Source of the DNA: Minisyncoccota bacterium
GTDB lineage: Bacteria > Patescibacteriota > Minisyncoccia > Phycocordibacterales > Phycocordibacteraceae
NCBI GenBank assembly: GCA_035627655.1
Contig: DASPLI010000001.1
Location: 398,217 to 462,216 of the forward strand
Length of the DNA stretch: 64,000 bases
Reading direction: 5' to 3'
Shown here: one piece after another, positions 45,162 through 55,378 of the stretch
Numbering within the stretch: position 1 is the first letter of the stretch
Layout: the number at the start of each line of letters is the position of its first letter
Position numbers and translations under genes: made by a program
Notes under the pieces: generated by a model
Database searches by the model: none
Told to the model about the DNA's origin: nothing
The model's input: only the letters and a program-made list of their open reading frames with translations

Positions 45162-45608
45162 ATGCGCCTGAATCACACCCTGATTCGCTACATCGTTATC
45201 GCTCTCTTGGCCGTGCTCGCCGTTTTGAGCGCGACCGCGTTCCTCAATCCTCCGCGCAGTAATGAGGCTGCGTATTCGCTTTCAACAATTGAAGTAGCGC
45301 GCACGCCGGAAGCTCGCGAGCAAGGACTCTCCGGACGACTTTCCGTACCGCCTGAATACGGCCTCCTCTTTGTGTTTCCAACCGCAGGCAAGTACGGCTT
45401 CTGGATGAAAGATATGCAGGTGTCTATCGACATCATCTGGCTTTCTGACGACGGCACCATTATCGGCATTGAAGAGTCAGTTGCGCCAGAGACGTATCCA
45501 GACGTGTTCTATCCTCCAGCACCGGTACGCTACGTGCTTGAGGTTGCTGCGGGAGAAGCGAAGACGCACGGATGGTCGATCGGGACGAAGCTCGAGCTTC
45601 CGCTCTAA
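45162..45608 (+). CDS. DUF192 domain protein (secreted or membrane-anchored)
   Basis: N-terminal TM helix. The domain contains GLSGRLS..GLLFVF....GFWMKDMQVSIDIIWLSDDGTIIGI. Confidence 0.6.
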   Translation: MRLNHTLIRYIVIALLAVLAVLSATAFLNPPRSNEAAYSLSTIEVARTPEAREQGLSGRLSVPPEYGLLFVFPTAGKYGFWMKDMQVSIDIIWLSDDGTIIGIEESVAPETYPDVFYPPAPVRYVLEVAAGEAKTHGWSIGTKLELPL

Positions 45609-45632
45609 GCGGATTTGTGCTATAGTGACGAC

Positions 45633-45945
45633 AGACCAGCGTAGGCGATCGCTCTGACAATTTGTCAGGGAGGAAAGTCCGAACACAGGCAGGAAACTGC
45701 AGCAGGGTAGCGGGTAACCCCCGTCCGCCGCGAGGCGCGAGGTGCGAACAGTGACGTCGCGAGCGAAAGCAGTGCGACATCCCCTGAGGATGAACTTCAC
45801 TGAAAGGTGAAGATGAAACGGCAAAATCCTTACCTCTGTGCAAGGCCGTGCCCCAGATCTGGGGAGCGCCGCTCGAGCTCTGCAGCAATGCAGGGCCCAG
45901 ATAGATGATCGTCCACGACAGAATTCGGCTTACCGCGCTGGTCTA
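45633..45945 (+). ncRNA. rnpB: RNase P RNA (rnpB), bacterial type, compact (about 313 nt)
   Basis: P1 formed by agaccagcg (5-prime) and cgctggtct (3-prime). P4 strands GGAGGAAAGTCCGAACACAG and ACAGAATTCGGCTTACCG. GGGTAACCCCC-type loop. A terminator hairpin follows immediately. Listed minus-strand ORFs 45460-45888 and 45477-45824 are spurious. Confidence 0.75.
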
Positions 45946-45950
45946 CAAAC

Positions 45951-45980
45951 ATGCGAATGCCCGCCTCACGGCGGGCATTC
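45951..45980 (+). terminator. intrinsic terminator after rnpB
   Basis: gcgaatgcccgcc-tcac-ggcgggcattcgc. Confidence 0.7.
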
Positions 45981-46061
45981 GCCTATCCACGCAACGAAGG
46001 AAGTTCGCGAGCCTCCTTTGTTATACTTGTGCTATTAGCAGGGCAATTTGAACGGCATTTT

Positions 46062-48425
46062 ATGCAAGATACTCCCGCACGTCCGCGTTTTTCTTTCGAT
46101 CTCGCCTCCACGTGGCTGCTGTGCGCAACAGCCGTTCTCTCGATCGTTGTGCTGGTCCCGACAGCAACGCTCTCACAGTACGGTCTCAAGACGTTTGTGC
46201 TTGGATTTGGCGCCGTGCTCACGCTGATTGCGTTTATTATCGCTCGCCTGGTTCGAAGCAGTCTCCCCGTCCCGCCGCTTCGTCTGCTTGGCGCGCTGTG
46301 GCTCATTCCGCTTGCCTACCTTCTCTCCACGCTTTTCTCCGGTGTGCACCCAGTTGCCGCGGCGTTTGGCGTCGAGTTTGAAACCGATACGCTTGGATTT
46401 GTGCTGATTCTCGCATTTCTCGCGACGCTCTCGGCTCTCGTGATCCGACGACGTGAAGATTTCAAAGCGCTCGCGCTTGCGCTTGGCGCTGGCATTGCGC
46501 TTATGCTGGTCGCGCAGGCGGTCATTATTGTTGCTGCACGCTTTGTTCCGTCGCTCGCCCCGACAACAAACCTCATTGGAACATTCTCTGACTTCGGCAT
46601 GCTTGCCGGTCTTGGGGCAGTGTTCGCGCTTCTTGCACTCCGCATCCTTCCGCTCTCGCGCCGCATGCGCATTGTGACGTGGGTCGTGCTTGCGCTCTCC
46701 CTCGTTGCGCTCATTCTCGTGAATATTGTTCCAGCATGGGTGCTGGTTGGCATTCTTGCGCTCGGACTGTTCGTGGAATCTCTCATGCACCGACGCGGTG
46801 ATCAGCAAGCAACGTTTCCAACGACCGAGGCGCGGGGCAAGAAAATTATTATCTCGTCTGCCGTTACGCTCCTTATTACTATCTTCTTCTTGATCGGCAG
46901 CAGCACGATCGGCAGCGCCATTGCTTCCTCGCTTGGCATCAACACGCTTGATGTTCGTCCGTCCTGGCAGTCCACCTTCCTTATCGGCAGCCACACCTAC
47001 GCATCTTCGCCGCTCTTTGGCTCAGGACCAGGCACGTTTAGCGAGCAGTGGCTTAAGTTCCGCGATCGCGGCCTCAATGACACTATTTTCTGGAGCGTTG
47101 ATTTTGGCGCGGGTATCGGCCACATTCCGACGTCCATGGTGACGACAGGACTCCTCGGCGCAATCGCTTGGCTGGTGTTCCTCGGACTCTTTATTTATGC
47201 GGGCGTACGCACACTGCTCTTCCATCTTCCTGAAGAGCACTGGCTACGCTTTGCAACCATCGGATCATTTGCCGGAGCTTCATACCTGCTCTTGCTTGCG
47301 CTCTTTGCGGTGCCAGGCCCCGTTATGCTCGCGCTCGGGTTCATACTCATCGGCGCCTTTATTTCTGCCGGCCGTTTCGCTAGTGGACGGGGAGAGGCAA
47401 CGCTTGAATTTGCGAAGAGTCCGCGCATTGGGTTTGCAGTGGTGTTCTTCCTCACGCTCCTCTTGCTCGCGTCTGTCGTAGCCGGTTATCTCGTGCTAGA
47501 ACGCTTCCTTGCAGGCGCATACTACGGACAGGCAACCAGTTCGCTTCGTGCTGGCGACCTTGATCGGGCAGATGCTGCAGTCGTACGGTCGCTCACCTTT
47601 GCGCCAACCGAGCGCGCCTACCGTCTTGCAGCAGCCGTCGGTATTGAACGCATGCGCCGTATTGCAAGCGATACGTCGTTGCCGGTCAGTACTGCGCAAC
47701 AGCAGTTCCAAGAAGCGCTCACGCGCAGCATAAGCGCTGGTCTTGAAGCGACCCGCCTCGGACAGACTGATTACCAGAACTGGAGCGTACTGGCTACGGT
47801 CTATCAGAGCGTCGCTGCGCTTCAGGTGGAGGGTGCGTACGAAGAGGCAAAGGCAAGCTATGAACGGGCGCTCGCGCTCAACCCCTCAAACCCTGCGCTT
47901 CCGTACGCACTTGCGCAGCTTGAGATAATCGAAGGAAACACCGAAGCGGCAGAGGAGCTCCTTCTCTCATCGATCAACCTCAAGCGCGACTATATCCCTG
48001 CCATTTTGCTTCTGTCTCAGCTCGAGATTCAGTCTGGAAAGGCGACCGAAGCGCTTCAGGCAGCCGAAGCAGCAGCGTACTTCGCTCCAAACGATCCGGC
48101 GGTACTCTTCCAGGTTGGCCTCCTTCGCTCGGGTATTGGAGATGTTGACGGCGCAATTACCGCGCTTGCGCGTGCGGTTGAACTCAACCCACAGTATGCA
48201 AACGCGCGCTTCTTCCTCAGCGCCATGTACGCGACCAAGGGTCAGTACACTGAGGCGCTCACCGAACTGCGCGCAGTTGCTTCGTTCTCTGAAGAGAACG
48301 CAGCAGCGGTTGCCGACGACATTGCTGCGCTTGAGCAGGGTACGAATCCATTCCCGACCACGCGCCTGCGCTCGCTTGGCATCCCGCAGCCACCCGTTAC
48401 TGAGCCGGCGGCACCCGCCAACTAA
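46062..48425 (+). CDS. O-antigen ligase/polymerase family (Wzy_C-like) polytopic membrane protein with C-terminal TPR repeat domain
   Basis: Start at the ATG at 46062; the track start overlaps the rnpB terminator. About twelve TM helices with a large loop containing SSPLFGSGPGTFSEQW. C-terminal 250 aa contain TPR-like repeats (EAKASYERALALNPSNPALPYALAQL, ARAVELNPQYANARFFLSAMYATKGQYTEAL). Confidence 0.7.
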   Translation: MQDTPARPRFSFDLASTWLLCATAVLSIVVLVPTATLSQYGLKTFVLGFGAVLTLIAFIIARLVRSSLPVPPLRLLGALWLIPLAYLLSTLFSGVHPVAAAFGVEFETDTLGFVLILAFLATLSALVIRRREDFKALALALGAGIALMLVAQAVIIVAARFVPSLAPTTNLIGTFSDFGMLAGLGAVFALLALRILPLSRRMRIVTWVVLALSLVALILVNIVPAWVLVGILALGLFVESLMHRRGDQQATFPTTEARGKKIIISSAVTLLITIFFLIGSSTIGSAIASSLGINTLDVRPSWQSTFLIGSHTYASSPLFGSGPGTFSEQWLKFRDRGLNDTIFWSVDFGAGIGHIPTSMVTTGLLGAIAWLVFLGLFIYAGVRTLLFHLPEEHWLRFATIGSFAGASYLLLLALFAVPGPVMLALGFILIGAFISAGRFASGRGEATLEFAKSPRIGFAVVFFLTLLLLASVVAGYLVLERFLAGAYYGQATSSLRAGDLDRADAAVVRSLTFAPTERAYRLAAAVGIERMRRIASDTSLPVSTAQQQFQEALTRSISAGLEATRLGQTDYQNWSVLATVYQSVAALQVEGAYEEAKASYERALALNPSNPALPYALAQLEIIEGNTEAAEELLLSSINLKRDYIPAILLLSQLEIQSGKATEALQAAEAAAYFAPNDPAVLFQVGLLRSGIGDVDGAITALARAVELNPQYANARFFLSAMYATKGQYTEALTELRAVASFSEENAAAVADDIAALEQGTNPFPTTRLRSLGIPQPPVTEPAAPAN

Positions 48426-48428
48426 TAC

Positions 48429-50103
48429 GATGGTGCAGGGCATACTTCGCTCCCTTACAACATCGATACGCGGCCTTCACCAGGCCGCGTATCTCTTGGC
48501 GGGTCTCACGCTTGCGTCACAGATCCTGTCGTTGCTTCGCGACCGTATCTTTGCTGATGCGTTTGGCGCGAGCATAACGCTCGATCTGTATTACGCGGCG
48601 TTCCGCATTCCGGATCTCGTGTTTGCGCTGATCGCATCGCTTGTCTCTGCATACGTGCTTATTCCGCGCATTGCGGCAAAGAATCAGGCAGCGTCCCAAT
48701 CGCTCTTATCAAACGCGGCATCGTTTTTGGTGCTCGGCGGCGGTGTATTTGCGCTCGTGCTTGCAGTATGGATGCCACAATTGCTCGCACTCTTCTTCCC
48801 GGGTCTTGCAGGAACGGAAGGGTTTGTAGATCTTGCACGCATTCTCCTCTTGCAGCCGATCCTCTTGGGGCTATCTGGTATTTTCACGAGCGTAACGCAG
48901 GTAGAGCGGCGGTTCGTACTCTTCGCGCTCTCGCCGGTGCTCTATAACGTCGGCATCATCTTCGGAACGGTCTTCCTCTACCCGGCCTATGGACTTCCTG
49001 GTATTGGCGTCGGTGTCGTTTTAGGAGCACTTGCGCATCTCTTGATCCATATTCCTGTCGTGGCTGGCGCAAAACTGATGCCAAAGCCGGTTATCCCCGA
49101 CACAGGCATCATGTGGTCGGTCGTGAAGGATTCGGTACCACGCTCGCTCGCGCTCTCCTTTGGTGCGTTCACCACGCTTGCGCTTACCGCCATTGCCGCA
49201 ACAACCGGAGAGGGTGGCGTATCAGTCTACACGCTTGCCGGGAACCTGGCAGCAGTGCCGCTCGCACTCATCGGTGCTTCCTACGCTACTGCAGCTTTCC
49301 CGGTTCTGGCTGAAGAAGCGCAGGGCAATCGCATGGATTCCTTTAAGGCAACACTCTCAGCGGCAGCCCGCCATCTTATTTTCTGGTCCGTCACGGCAGC
49401 GCTCCTCACGATCGTGCTCCGTGCGCATTTGGTACGCGTGATTCTTGGTAGTGGCGCTTTTGACTGGGACGCGACGCGGCTCACCGCAGCGATTCTTGGC
49501 GTGTTGATCGTCGGTCTTGTTGCGCAGGGTCTGGTGCTGCTTGCTTCCCGCGCGTTTTATGCAGCACGCCGCTCCTGGAATCCGCTTGCCATTCAAGTTA
49601 TTGGTCTTGCGATCTCAGCAGCAGGCGCACTTTTCTTCCTCGCGCTTTCTCGAGAAGTGCCGCTCTTCAAAGATTTTATCGAGGCACTCCTTCGCGTTGA
49701 GGGAATTGCCGGAACTTCGATTTTGTTTGTTGCGCTTGGCGCAACTGTCGGACAGCTCTTTATGGGTGCGCTCGCGCTTGCAACGCTCGGCCGGGTAGCG
49801 CCGGGAGTTGCCGCTTCGCTTGTTCGTCCGCTCTTTGAAGGCGCGGGTGCGGGCATGGTGGGCGCGTCTGCCGCCTATAGCGTGCTTGCCGTTGCAGGCA
49901 ATATCGCGCCACTCACCACGGTCCTGAGCGTCTTCACGCAAGGACTTGTGGCTGGTATGGTGGGTCTTGCAGCATCGGCAGCAGTCCTTGTCCTTCTTGA
50001 AAATAGGGAATTCCGGGACCTGTATGCGTCCTTGCGGCGGCTTACGAGCGCCCGAGCCCTTACGCCTGCCGGTACTGTCTTGAATGACCAGGCAAATCCG
50101 TAA
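48429..50103 (+). CDS. murJ: lipid II flippase MurJ (MviN)
   Basis: Start at the ATG 4 nt after the previous stop (MVQGILRSLTTSIRGLHQAAYLLAGLTLASQILSLLRDRIFADAFGAS..DLYYAAFRIPD). Fourteen TM helices. The 662-aa track ORF is an out-of-frame over-extension into the upstream gene. Confidence 0.85.
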
Positions 50104-51886
50104 CTTTTCCATAATTGCACACATCGATCACGGCAAGTCCACGCTTGCCGACCGTTTGCTTGAACGAACAGGCACGATTGAGGCGCGCAAAATGCGCGAC
50201 CAGGTGCTCGACTCCATGGAGCTTGAGCGCGAGCGCGGCATCACCATCAAGATGCAGCCGGCCCGCATGCGCTATACCGCAACCAACGGCGAAGCGTACA
50301 CCCTTAACCTTATCGATACGCCCGGGCATATCGACTTTGCGTACGAAGTGTCCCGCGCACTTTCCGCCGTCGAAGGCGTGATTCTTCTGGTCGATTCGAC
50401 TCAGGGCGTACAGGCGCAGACGCTTACAACGTTGTCTATGGCCAAGGCAGCCGGTTGCGTCATTATTCCCGTCATTTCAAAGATCGACTCGCCCTATGCG
50501 CGTCCCGATGATGTGCGTCTTGAACTTGCGACACTGCTTGATGTTGATGAGAGCACAATTCTTCCCGTGTCTGGCCGAACCGGCGAAGGCGTTGAAGCGC
50601 TGCTTGAAGCGATCGTCGAGCGCGTGCCACCGCCACGAAACGAAGAAAAGAGCGAACCGCGCTCACTCATCTTCGACTTCTCCTACTCCACCCATCGCGG
50701 TGTTGCTGTGTACGTGCGCGTCTTTGACGGAACGATCAAGAAGGGAGACTTACTTGAATTTCGCGCTGCTGGGAAGCGCTTCACCGCGCTTGAGGTGGGA
50801 ACCTTCATGCCTGCGGAAACACCAGTTGAGTCTCTGGGCCCGGGACAGATCGGCTACATCGTAACGGGCATCAAAGAGCCGGGTGTTGTCGCGGTCGGCG
50901 ATACGATTGGTCTTCAGAACGGCTCACTTCCAGCGCTCTCCGGATTTGCTCGTCCGCGTCCAGTGGTGTGGGCATCCATCTATCCCGAAAGTCAGGATGA
51001 TCTGGCCGACCTCAAGCAAGCGCTTGAACGTCTTCGCCTGACCGACTCCTCGCTCTCGTTTGAAGAAGAATCGTCCGGCGTGCTTGGTCGCGGGTTCCGT
51101 TGCGGATTTTTGGGCATGCTTCACTTGGAAATCGTGACCGAGCGACTTCGCCGGGAATTCTCGTTGACGCTCGTCGTGACCATTCCAACGATTGAATACG
51201 TGGTGACCGATAAGAAAGGCAAGACAGAGACGGTGTATACGCCTTCGAAATTTCCGCTCCATGGCGATATTGAATCCATTGAAGAGCCATGGGCAAAGCT
51301 GACACTCATCACGCCGGCTGACTACCTTTCTGGATTGCTCCAGCTCCTGCATGATCACGAGGCGATTGTCGGCGATACGAATGCCTATGCAGATACACGT
51401 ATCGAACTTACCGCTGAAATCCCACTTCGCGAGCTCATGCGTGGCTTCTTTGACCGGGTGAAGAACGTCTCTTCAGGCTATGCCTCGCTCTCCTACGAGC
51501 TTCTCGCGCCGCGACCTGCAGATGTGGTTCGACTGGATATTCTGGTTGCAGAGGAAGAGGTGCCGGCGTTTGCCCGCATCGTCTCTCGTCGCAGGGTCCA
51601 GGAAGAAGGGGAGCGTATGGTGGAGAAGCTGTACGGCATTCTTCCCAAGCAGCTCCATGTAACAAAGATTCAGGCGCAGGCGCTCGGCCGCATCATCTCC
51701 TCACGCACCCTCTCGGCGCTTCGTAAGGACGTGACCGGCTACCTGTATGGCGGCGACGTTTCGCGCAAGCAAAAGCTCCTCCAGAAGCAGAAAAAGGGAA
51801 AGAAATTCCGCTCGCAGTTCGATAAGAACCGTGTTGAGATTCCCGAGGACGTGTTCATGAAAATGGTGCAGGAAAGCGAGCGATAG
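50084..51886 (+). CDS. lepA: elongation factor 4 (LepA)
   Basis: MTRQIRNFSIIAHIDHGKSTLADRLL, DTPGHIDF, LepA C-terminal domain. Overlaps murJ by 20 nt. Confidence 0.95.
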   Translation: MTRQIRNFSIIAHIDHGKSTLADRLLERTGTIEARKMRDQVLDSMELERERGITIKMQPARMRYTATNGEAYTLNLIDTPGHIDFAYEVSRALSAVEGVILLVDSTQGVQAQTLTTLSMAKAAGCVIIPVISKIDSPYARPDDVRLELATLLDVDESTILPVSGRTGEGVEALLEAIVERVPPPRNEEKSEPRSLIFDFSYSTHRGVAVYVRVFDGTIKKGDLLEFRAAGKRFTALEVGTFMPAETPVESLGPGQIGYIVTGIKEPGVVAVGDTIGLQNGSLPALSGFARPRPVVWASIYPESQDDLADLKQALERLRLTDSSLSFEEESSGVLGRGFRCGFLGMLHLEIVTERLRREFSLTLVVTIPTIEYVVTDKKGKTETVYTPSKFPLHGDIESIEEPWAKLTLITPADYLSGLLQLLHDHEAIVGDTNAYADTRIELTAEIPLRELMRGFFDRVKNVSSGYASLSYELLAPRPADVVRLDILVAEEEVPAFARIVSRRRVQEEGERMVEKLYGILPKQLHVTKIQAQALGRIISSRTLSALRKDVTGYLYGGDVSRKQKLLQKQKKGKKFRSQFDKNRVEIPEDVFMKMVQESER

Positions 51887-51906
51887 ACTCTTGGTATAGT
51901 AGGTGC

Positions 51907-52257
51907 ATGCGACGAAAGCGCCGTCCACCACGCGACTACATTATTGCGGGCGTTTTGTGTGTGGTCCTTCTTTGGCTTCTCTGGCTCGTCTGGGGCATTT
52001 TCCAGAAAGAAGAGCGCGCTCGTCACGCGGCAGAAGAAGCGCAGGCACAACTTGAAGCGCTCACCGAGCGCGAAGCGACCCTGCGAGCGAATCTTGCAGA
52101 TTTGCGTACTGAACGCGGGCAGGAAGCCTCGTTTCGAGAAACATACGGCGTTGCGCGCCCGGGGGAAGAGGTTATCATCGTGGTACCTCCGGGTGAGGGA
52201 GAGGACTTGGGCGAGCTGCCGTGGTGGCGAACGTTTCTCGGTTGGTTTGGTCTGTAG
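51907..52257 (+). CDS. septum formation initiator family protein (FtsB/DivIC-like)
   Basis: Basic N-terminus, TM helix IIAGVLCVVLLWLLWLVWGIF, then a coiled coil (EEAQAQLEALTEREATLRANLADLRTE). Confidence 0.6.
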   Translation: MRRKRRPPRDYIIAGVLCVVLLWLLWLVWGIFQKEERARHAAEEAQAQLEALTEREATLRANLADLRTERGQEASFRETYGVARPGEEVIIVVPPGEGEDLGELPWWRTFLGWFGL

Positions 52258-52328
52258 CGGATATAGTTTAGTGGCAGAACTGCTGCTTCCCAAGCAGCAA
52301 GCGGGAGTTCGATTCTCCCTATCCGCAC
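52258..52328 (+). tRNA. tRNA-Gly (anticodon CCC), CCA not encoded
   Basis: Acceptor gcggata/tatccgc. Anticodon stem gctgc/gcagc with loop ttCCCaa. T-arm gggag-ttcgatt-ctccc. Discriminator A, which is unusual for Gly. Starts immediately after the ftsB-like stop. Confidence 0.65.
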
Positions 52329-52334
52329 AAAAAA

Positions 52335-52363
52335 GAAGGCGCACGAATGAATCGTGCGCCTTC
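52335..52363. terminator. bidirectional intrinsic terminator
   Basis: gaaggcgcacg-aatgaat-cgtgcgccttc. A T-run follows on the minus strand (terminating the ABC gene) and an A-run on the plus strand. Confidence 0.8.
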
Positions 52364-52370
52364 GAAGGTG

Positions 52371-54221
52371 CTAGGAAACGATGCCTTGATCTGCGGCAAT
52401 CTTGCGGAAGGTCGGCGAAGAAGCGAAAAGCTCTTCAAACGATCGGCCGATTGCCTCAATCTGCATATCCTGGCCATCCAATTGTTCAAGCGGACGCAGA
52501 ACTACAAATCGATTACAGAGGTCGCGAACCGTCGAGAGACGGTGCGTGACGATGAGCGCGCCGACGCCGGGTCCCAGGATATCCCGGAGGCCGTCGTGGA
52601 CGAGTCGCTCGGTGGTTGCATCGAGGCTCGACGTCGCTTCGTCGATGATCATGAACTTCGGTCGTTTGATTGCCGCCGCTCCAATCATTAGACGCTGTGC
52701 TTGTCCGCCGGAAAGCTTTATGCCGTTTCTGCCGACAACTGTGTCGAGTCCGTCGGTGAGACGCTCGCCAAAGTCAATCTGCAGGTCGCGTGCAAGCTTC
52801 CAGACTTCCTCGTCGGTAAGTGCCGTCGGATCTTCAAGAGCATAGCGGAGGTTCTCTCCGACCGTGCCGTCAAAGATCTGCGCATGTTGGGGAATGTAGC
52901 CCACCACACGCATCCAGTCGTCTAGGTTGACGTCCCGGAGATCCATTCCATTGACGCAGATGCGTCCACGGTCTGGATCCATATAGCGAAGCGCAAGGCG
53001 CATCAGGGTCGTTTTACCGGCACCTGAGGGGCCAATGAGCGCCGCTTTTTCTCCCGGTTCGATCGAGAAGGAGACGGACGAGAGGATCGGCACGGAGCCG
53101 TTTCCGTTGACGAACCCGTGCCCGACTCCGTCAAACGTGAGCCGGATTGGTTCCTCGGCGGATACGCGTGCCGGATGTTCTGCATGCACGATGTCCGGCG
53201 GCATGAGAAGCGTCTCGCGAAGCTTCTTGACCGACGGAATGTTGCGCATGATGGTTCGAGTCGTGTGCGAGAGCTGGTCAAGCTCCGCTTTCGTCGAGTA
53301 CATGAGCGCAAACGCCGTATACAGTACGCCAACCGCGATCGCTCCGTCTTTGAGAGACAAGAGCGCGGCAAACATGACTAACACAGCGCTCACGTGCATG
53401 AGCCAGCCACGGAACATGAATCCGTCGATGGCTTTGACCCATACGTCACGGTCCATAGTGAGCCACGTGTTGGCTTCCAGGTCGATCCGTTCGAGTTCTC
53501 GAGCGGCCGCGCCAGACGTCTTCACGCGTTCAGCTTTGTCCCAGCGGTCGCGCTGGTAGCGGCGCATAGCGCGCGCTTTCTCGTCGATAACTTCCCCCTG
53601 CTCAATGAGGTGCCGGTTCATCACAATCGTCCAGAGCATATGCACAAGGACGGCGACGCAGGCGATAGTCCCACCAAGCGGGAAGACCGCGATGAGTGCG
53701 ATCGGGAACATGACGAGCATGACGAGTTCCGGGATCAAGTTCATGATCCAGAGCTCGCGCACGAAGAATGCAGCAGCCTGCCCTCGCTCGAGGTTTCCGA
53801 CCGTTAGGCGGGAACCCTCTTGTAGGTGTTGGCCAACCGATTTCTCAAAGAGAAGTGTGGAGATGCGGTCTTCGATGATCCGCATTCCGAGTCCCCAGAG
53901 CCATTCTCGTGCCTGGCCCGCGCAGCGATGGAAGAATTCCTGCGCCAGCGCGAGTACCAATACGAGACCGATGAGCCAATAGGCGGCTTCAAAGTCAGCG
54001 CGTGCCGCGGCCGTAATCACAAGTCCGATGGTGATCGGAAAGATTGCGTTTATGCCGATAGCAAGCGCTAGCCACGCCAAGAACCGAAACCACCAGCGCA
54101 TCAGCTCTGGGGTATTCATGTCGATGGTGACCCATTTGCTGACCGTGAGTGTTTCGTTGAGTGCTTCCCGATATCCGCGTAGCGCGGATAACAGGGAAGT
54201 CTTGGGCATGTCCTGTGCCAT
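52371..54221 (-). CDS. ABC transporter, fused permease/ATP-binding protein (type I exporter, MsbA-like)
   Basis: Six-TM N-terminal domain. Walker A GPSGAGKT, signature LSGGQAQR, Walker B MIIDEATSSLD. Confidence 0.85.
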   Translation of the reverse strand: MAQDMPKTSLLSALRGYREALNETLTVSKWVTIDMNTPELMRWWFRFLAWLALAIGINAIFPITIGLVITAAARADFEAAYWLIGLVLVLALAQEFFHRCAGQAREWLWGLGMRIIEDRISTLLFEKSVGQHLQEGSRLTVGNLERGQAAAFFVRELWIMNLIPELVMLVMFPIALIAVFPLGGTIACVAVLVHMLWTIVMNRHLIEQGEVIDEKARAMRRYQRDRWDKAERVKTSGAAARELERIDLEANTWLTMDRDVWVKAIDGFMFRGWLMHVSAVLVMFAALLSLKDGAIAVGVLYTAFALMYSTKAELDQLSHTTRTIMRNIPSVKKLRETLLMPPDIVHAEHPARVSAEEPIRLTFDGVGHGFVNGNGSVPILSSVSFSIEPGEKAALIGPSGAGKTTLMRLALRYMDPDRGRICVNGMDLRDVNLDDWMRVVGYIPQHAQIFDGTVGENLRYALEDPTALTDEEVWKLARDLQIDFGERLTDGLDTVVGRNGIKLSGGQAQRLMIGAAAIKRPKFMIIDEATSSLDATTERLVHDGLRDILGPGVGALIVTHRLSTVRDLCNRFVVLRPLEQLDGQDMQIEAIGRSFEELFASSPTFRKIAADQGIVS

Positions 54222-54253
54222 TGTTGCTTCCTTTCTCTACTGACAAAGAACAA

Positions 54254-54272
54254 CCCCGCCTCGTGAGCGGGG
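54254..54272 (-). promoter_or_regulatory. leader hairpin in the 5-prime UTR of the ABC exporter (attenuator-like)
   Basis: On the minus strand, ccccgctcacgaggcgggg is followed by a U-rich tract, then the RBS gaaaggaag and the ATG. Confidence 0.3.
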
Positions 54273-54508
54273 TGTTTCAGGACACAAGGAATGCTTCCTT
54301 ATGTGCTCTGCACACCGCCCACGCCAGGTACCTCGCGAGTCATACGCGAGATACGGGTGTACGCGCCAAGGCGCGCGAAAACGCGCGTCGGGACGTTGAA
54401 CTGGTGTGCAGTGCTCTGCATGAGCGGGATAGTACTCCGATCTTCATCATCTGTCAAGTTCTGGGGACAAACAGACATGCTATACTTGCTCTACTAATCA
54501 AAGAATAT

Positions 54509-54766
54509 ATGGACAAGTCAGTCACCATTTACACCACACCAACCTGCCACTTCTGCCAGATGAGCAAGGAGTTCTTCACTGCAAATAACGTGCAGTACAC
54601 CGAGTACAATGTTGCAGCAGATCAGGAGAAGCGCGCTGAAATGATCGACAAGAGCGGCCAGATGGGTGTGCCGGTTATCTTTGTCGGCAGCGAAATGGTC
54701 ATCGGCTTTGATAGGAGGCGCCTCTCGGAGCTTCTTGGCATTGCAGAGAGCGCACCAGCGGTCTAA
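54509..54766 (+). CDS. glutaredoxin-like protein (NrdH/YruB type, CxxC)
   Basis: MDKSVTIYTTPTCHFCQMSKEFF..VPVIFVG has a thioredoxin-fold CxxC active site. The track ORF starts 116 codons upstream. Confidence 0.7.
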   Translation: MDKSVTIYTTPTCHFCQMSKEFFTANNVQYTEYNVAADQEKRAEMIDKSGQMGVPVIFVGSEMVIGFDRRRLSELLGIAESAPAV

Positions 54767-54780
54767 CGGGAGATACACTG

Positions 54781-54810
54781 AAACCCTGCCGGCTGATGCT
54801 GGCAGGGTTT
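54781..54810 (+). terminator. intrinsic terminator after the glutaredoxin-like gene
   Basis: aaaccctgcc-ggctgatgct-ggcagggttt. Confidence 0.6.
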
Positions 54811-54831
54811 CGTGCTAGTCTCTCGCGTATA

Positions 54832-54903
54832 GCCCTCGTAGTTCAATGGATAGAACATCTCACTCCTAACGAGATAATGTAGGTTCGATTCCTACCGAGG
54901 GCA
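54832..54903 (+). tRNA. tRNA-Arg (anticodon CCT), CCA not encoded
   Basis: Acceptor gccctcg/cgagggc. D-arm gttc-aatggata-gaac. Anticodon loop containing tCCTa. T-arm gtagg-ttcgatt-cctac. Discriminator A. Confidence 0.75.
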
Positions 54904-55010
54904 CAAAACTTGACTCTTAGTATAAAACGTTCTATTATACCGTTGTTCTAGGCGACCCGTTCGCGTGGGACACGGTCCTTTTCAACAACCAGCGAACAGA
55001 GAGGTGACGG

Positions 55011-55361
55011 GTGAATATCTACCGCCTGTTGGCAAACGCCACATTCTGGTTCCATATGCTTTGGGTGGCAATTCTGCTCGCCGGCCTTCCGTTGAGCGCC
55101 TTCTATCCGTGGTACCGACCAATCCACGGCATAGTAGTGCTGACGACGGTCGCGTCGCAGATTATTTGGCTCGGATGCCCGCTCACCATGATCGAGTGCG
55201 CGTTCCGTGCTAAATACGACCCCAGCACTTCCTTCACGGGATCGTTCGTAACCTACTATCTCAAAAAGTGGTTCAACGTGACGGTCCCCGCAAAGGTTGT
55301 GGTTATTCAGCTGCTTGTGATGTTGGCGCTTTCCATCGTCTTCGTCTTAAAGACCAGCTGA
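55011..55361 (+). CDS. DUF2784 family membrane protein
   Basis: GTG start after GAGAGG. MNIYRLLANATFWFHMLWVAILLAGLP is typical of DUF2784. Three or four TM helices. Confidence 0.5.
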   Translation: MNIYRLLANATFWFHMLWVAILLAGLPLSAFYPWYRPIHGIVVLTTVASQIIWLGCPLTMIECAFRAKYDPSTSFTGSFVTYYLKKWFNVTVPAKVVVIQLLVMLALSIVFVLKTS

Positions 55362-55378
55362 TAGAGAGTCTCGTGTCG

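Noticed and set aside
45460-45888. Minus-strand ORFs 45460-45888 and 45477-45824
   Set aside because: They overlap the RNase P RNA, which has P1/P4 and other conserved motifs.
45951-46061. N-terminal 37 codons of the 824-aa track ORF
   Set aside because: They overlap the rnpB terminator hairpin. The ATG at 46062 is more plausible.
48115-48428. N-terminal 105 codons of the 662-aa murJ track ORF
   Set aside because: Out of frame with, and overlapping, the O-antigen-ligase/TPR gene. The MurJ N-terminus begins at the ATG at 48429.
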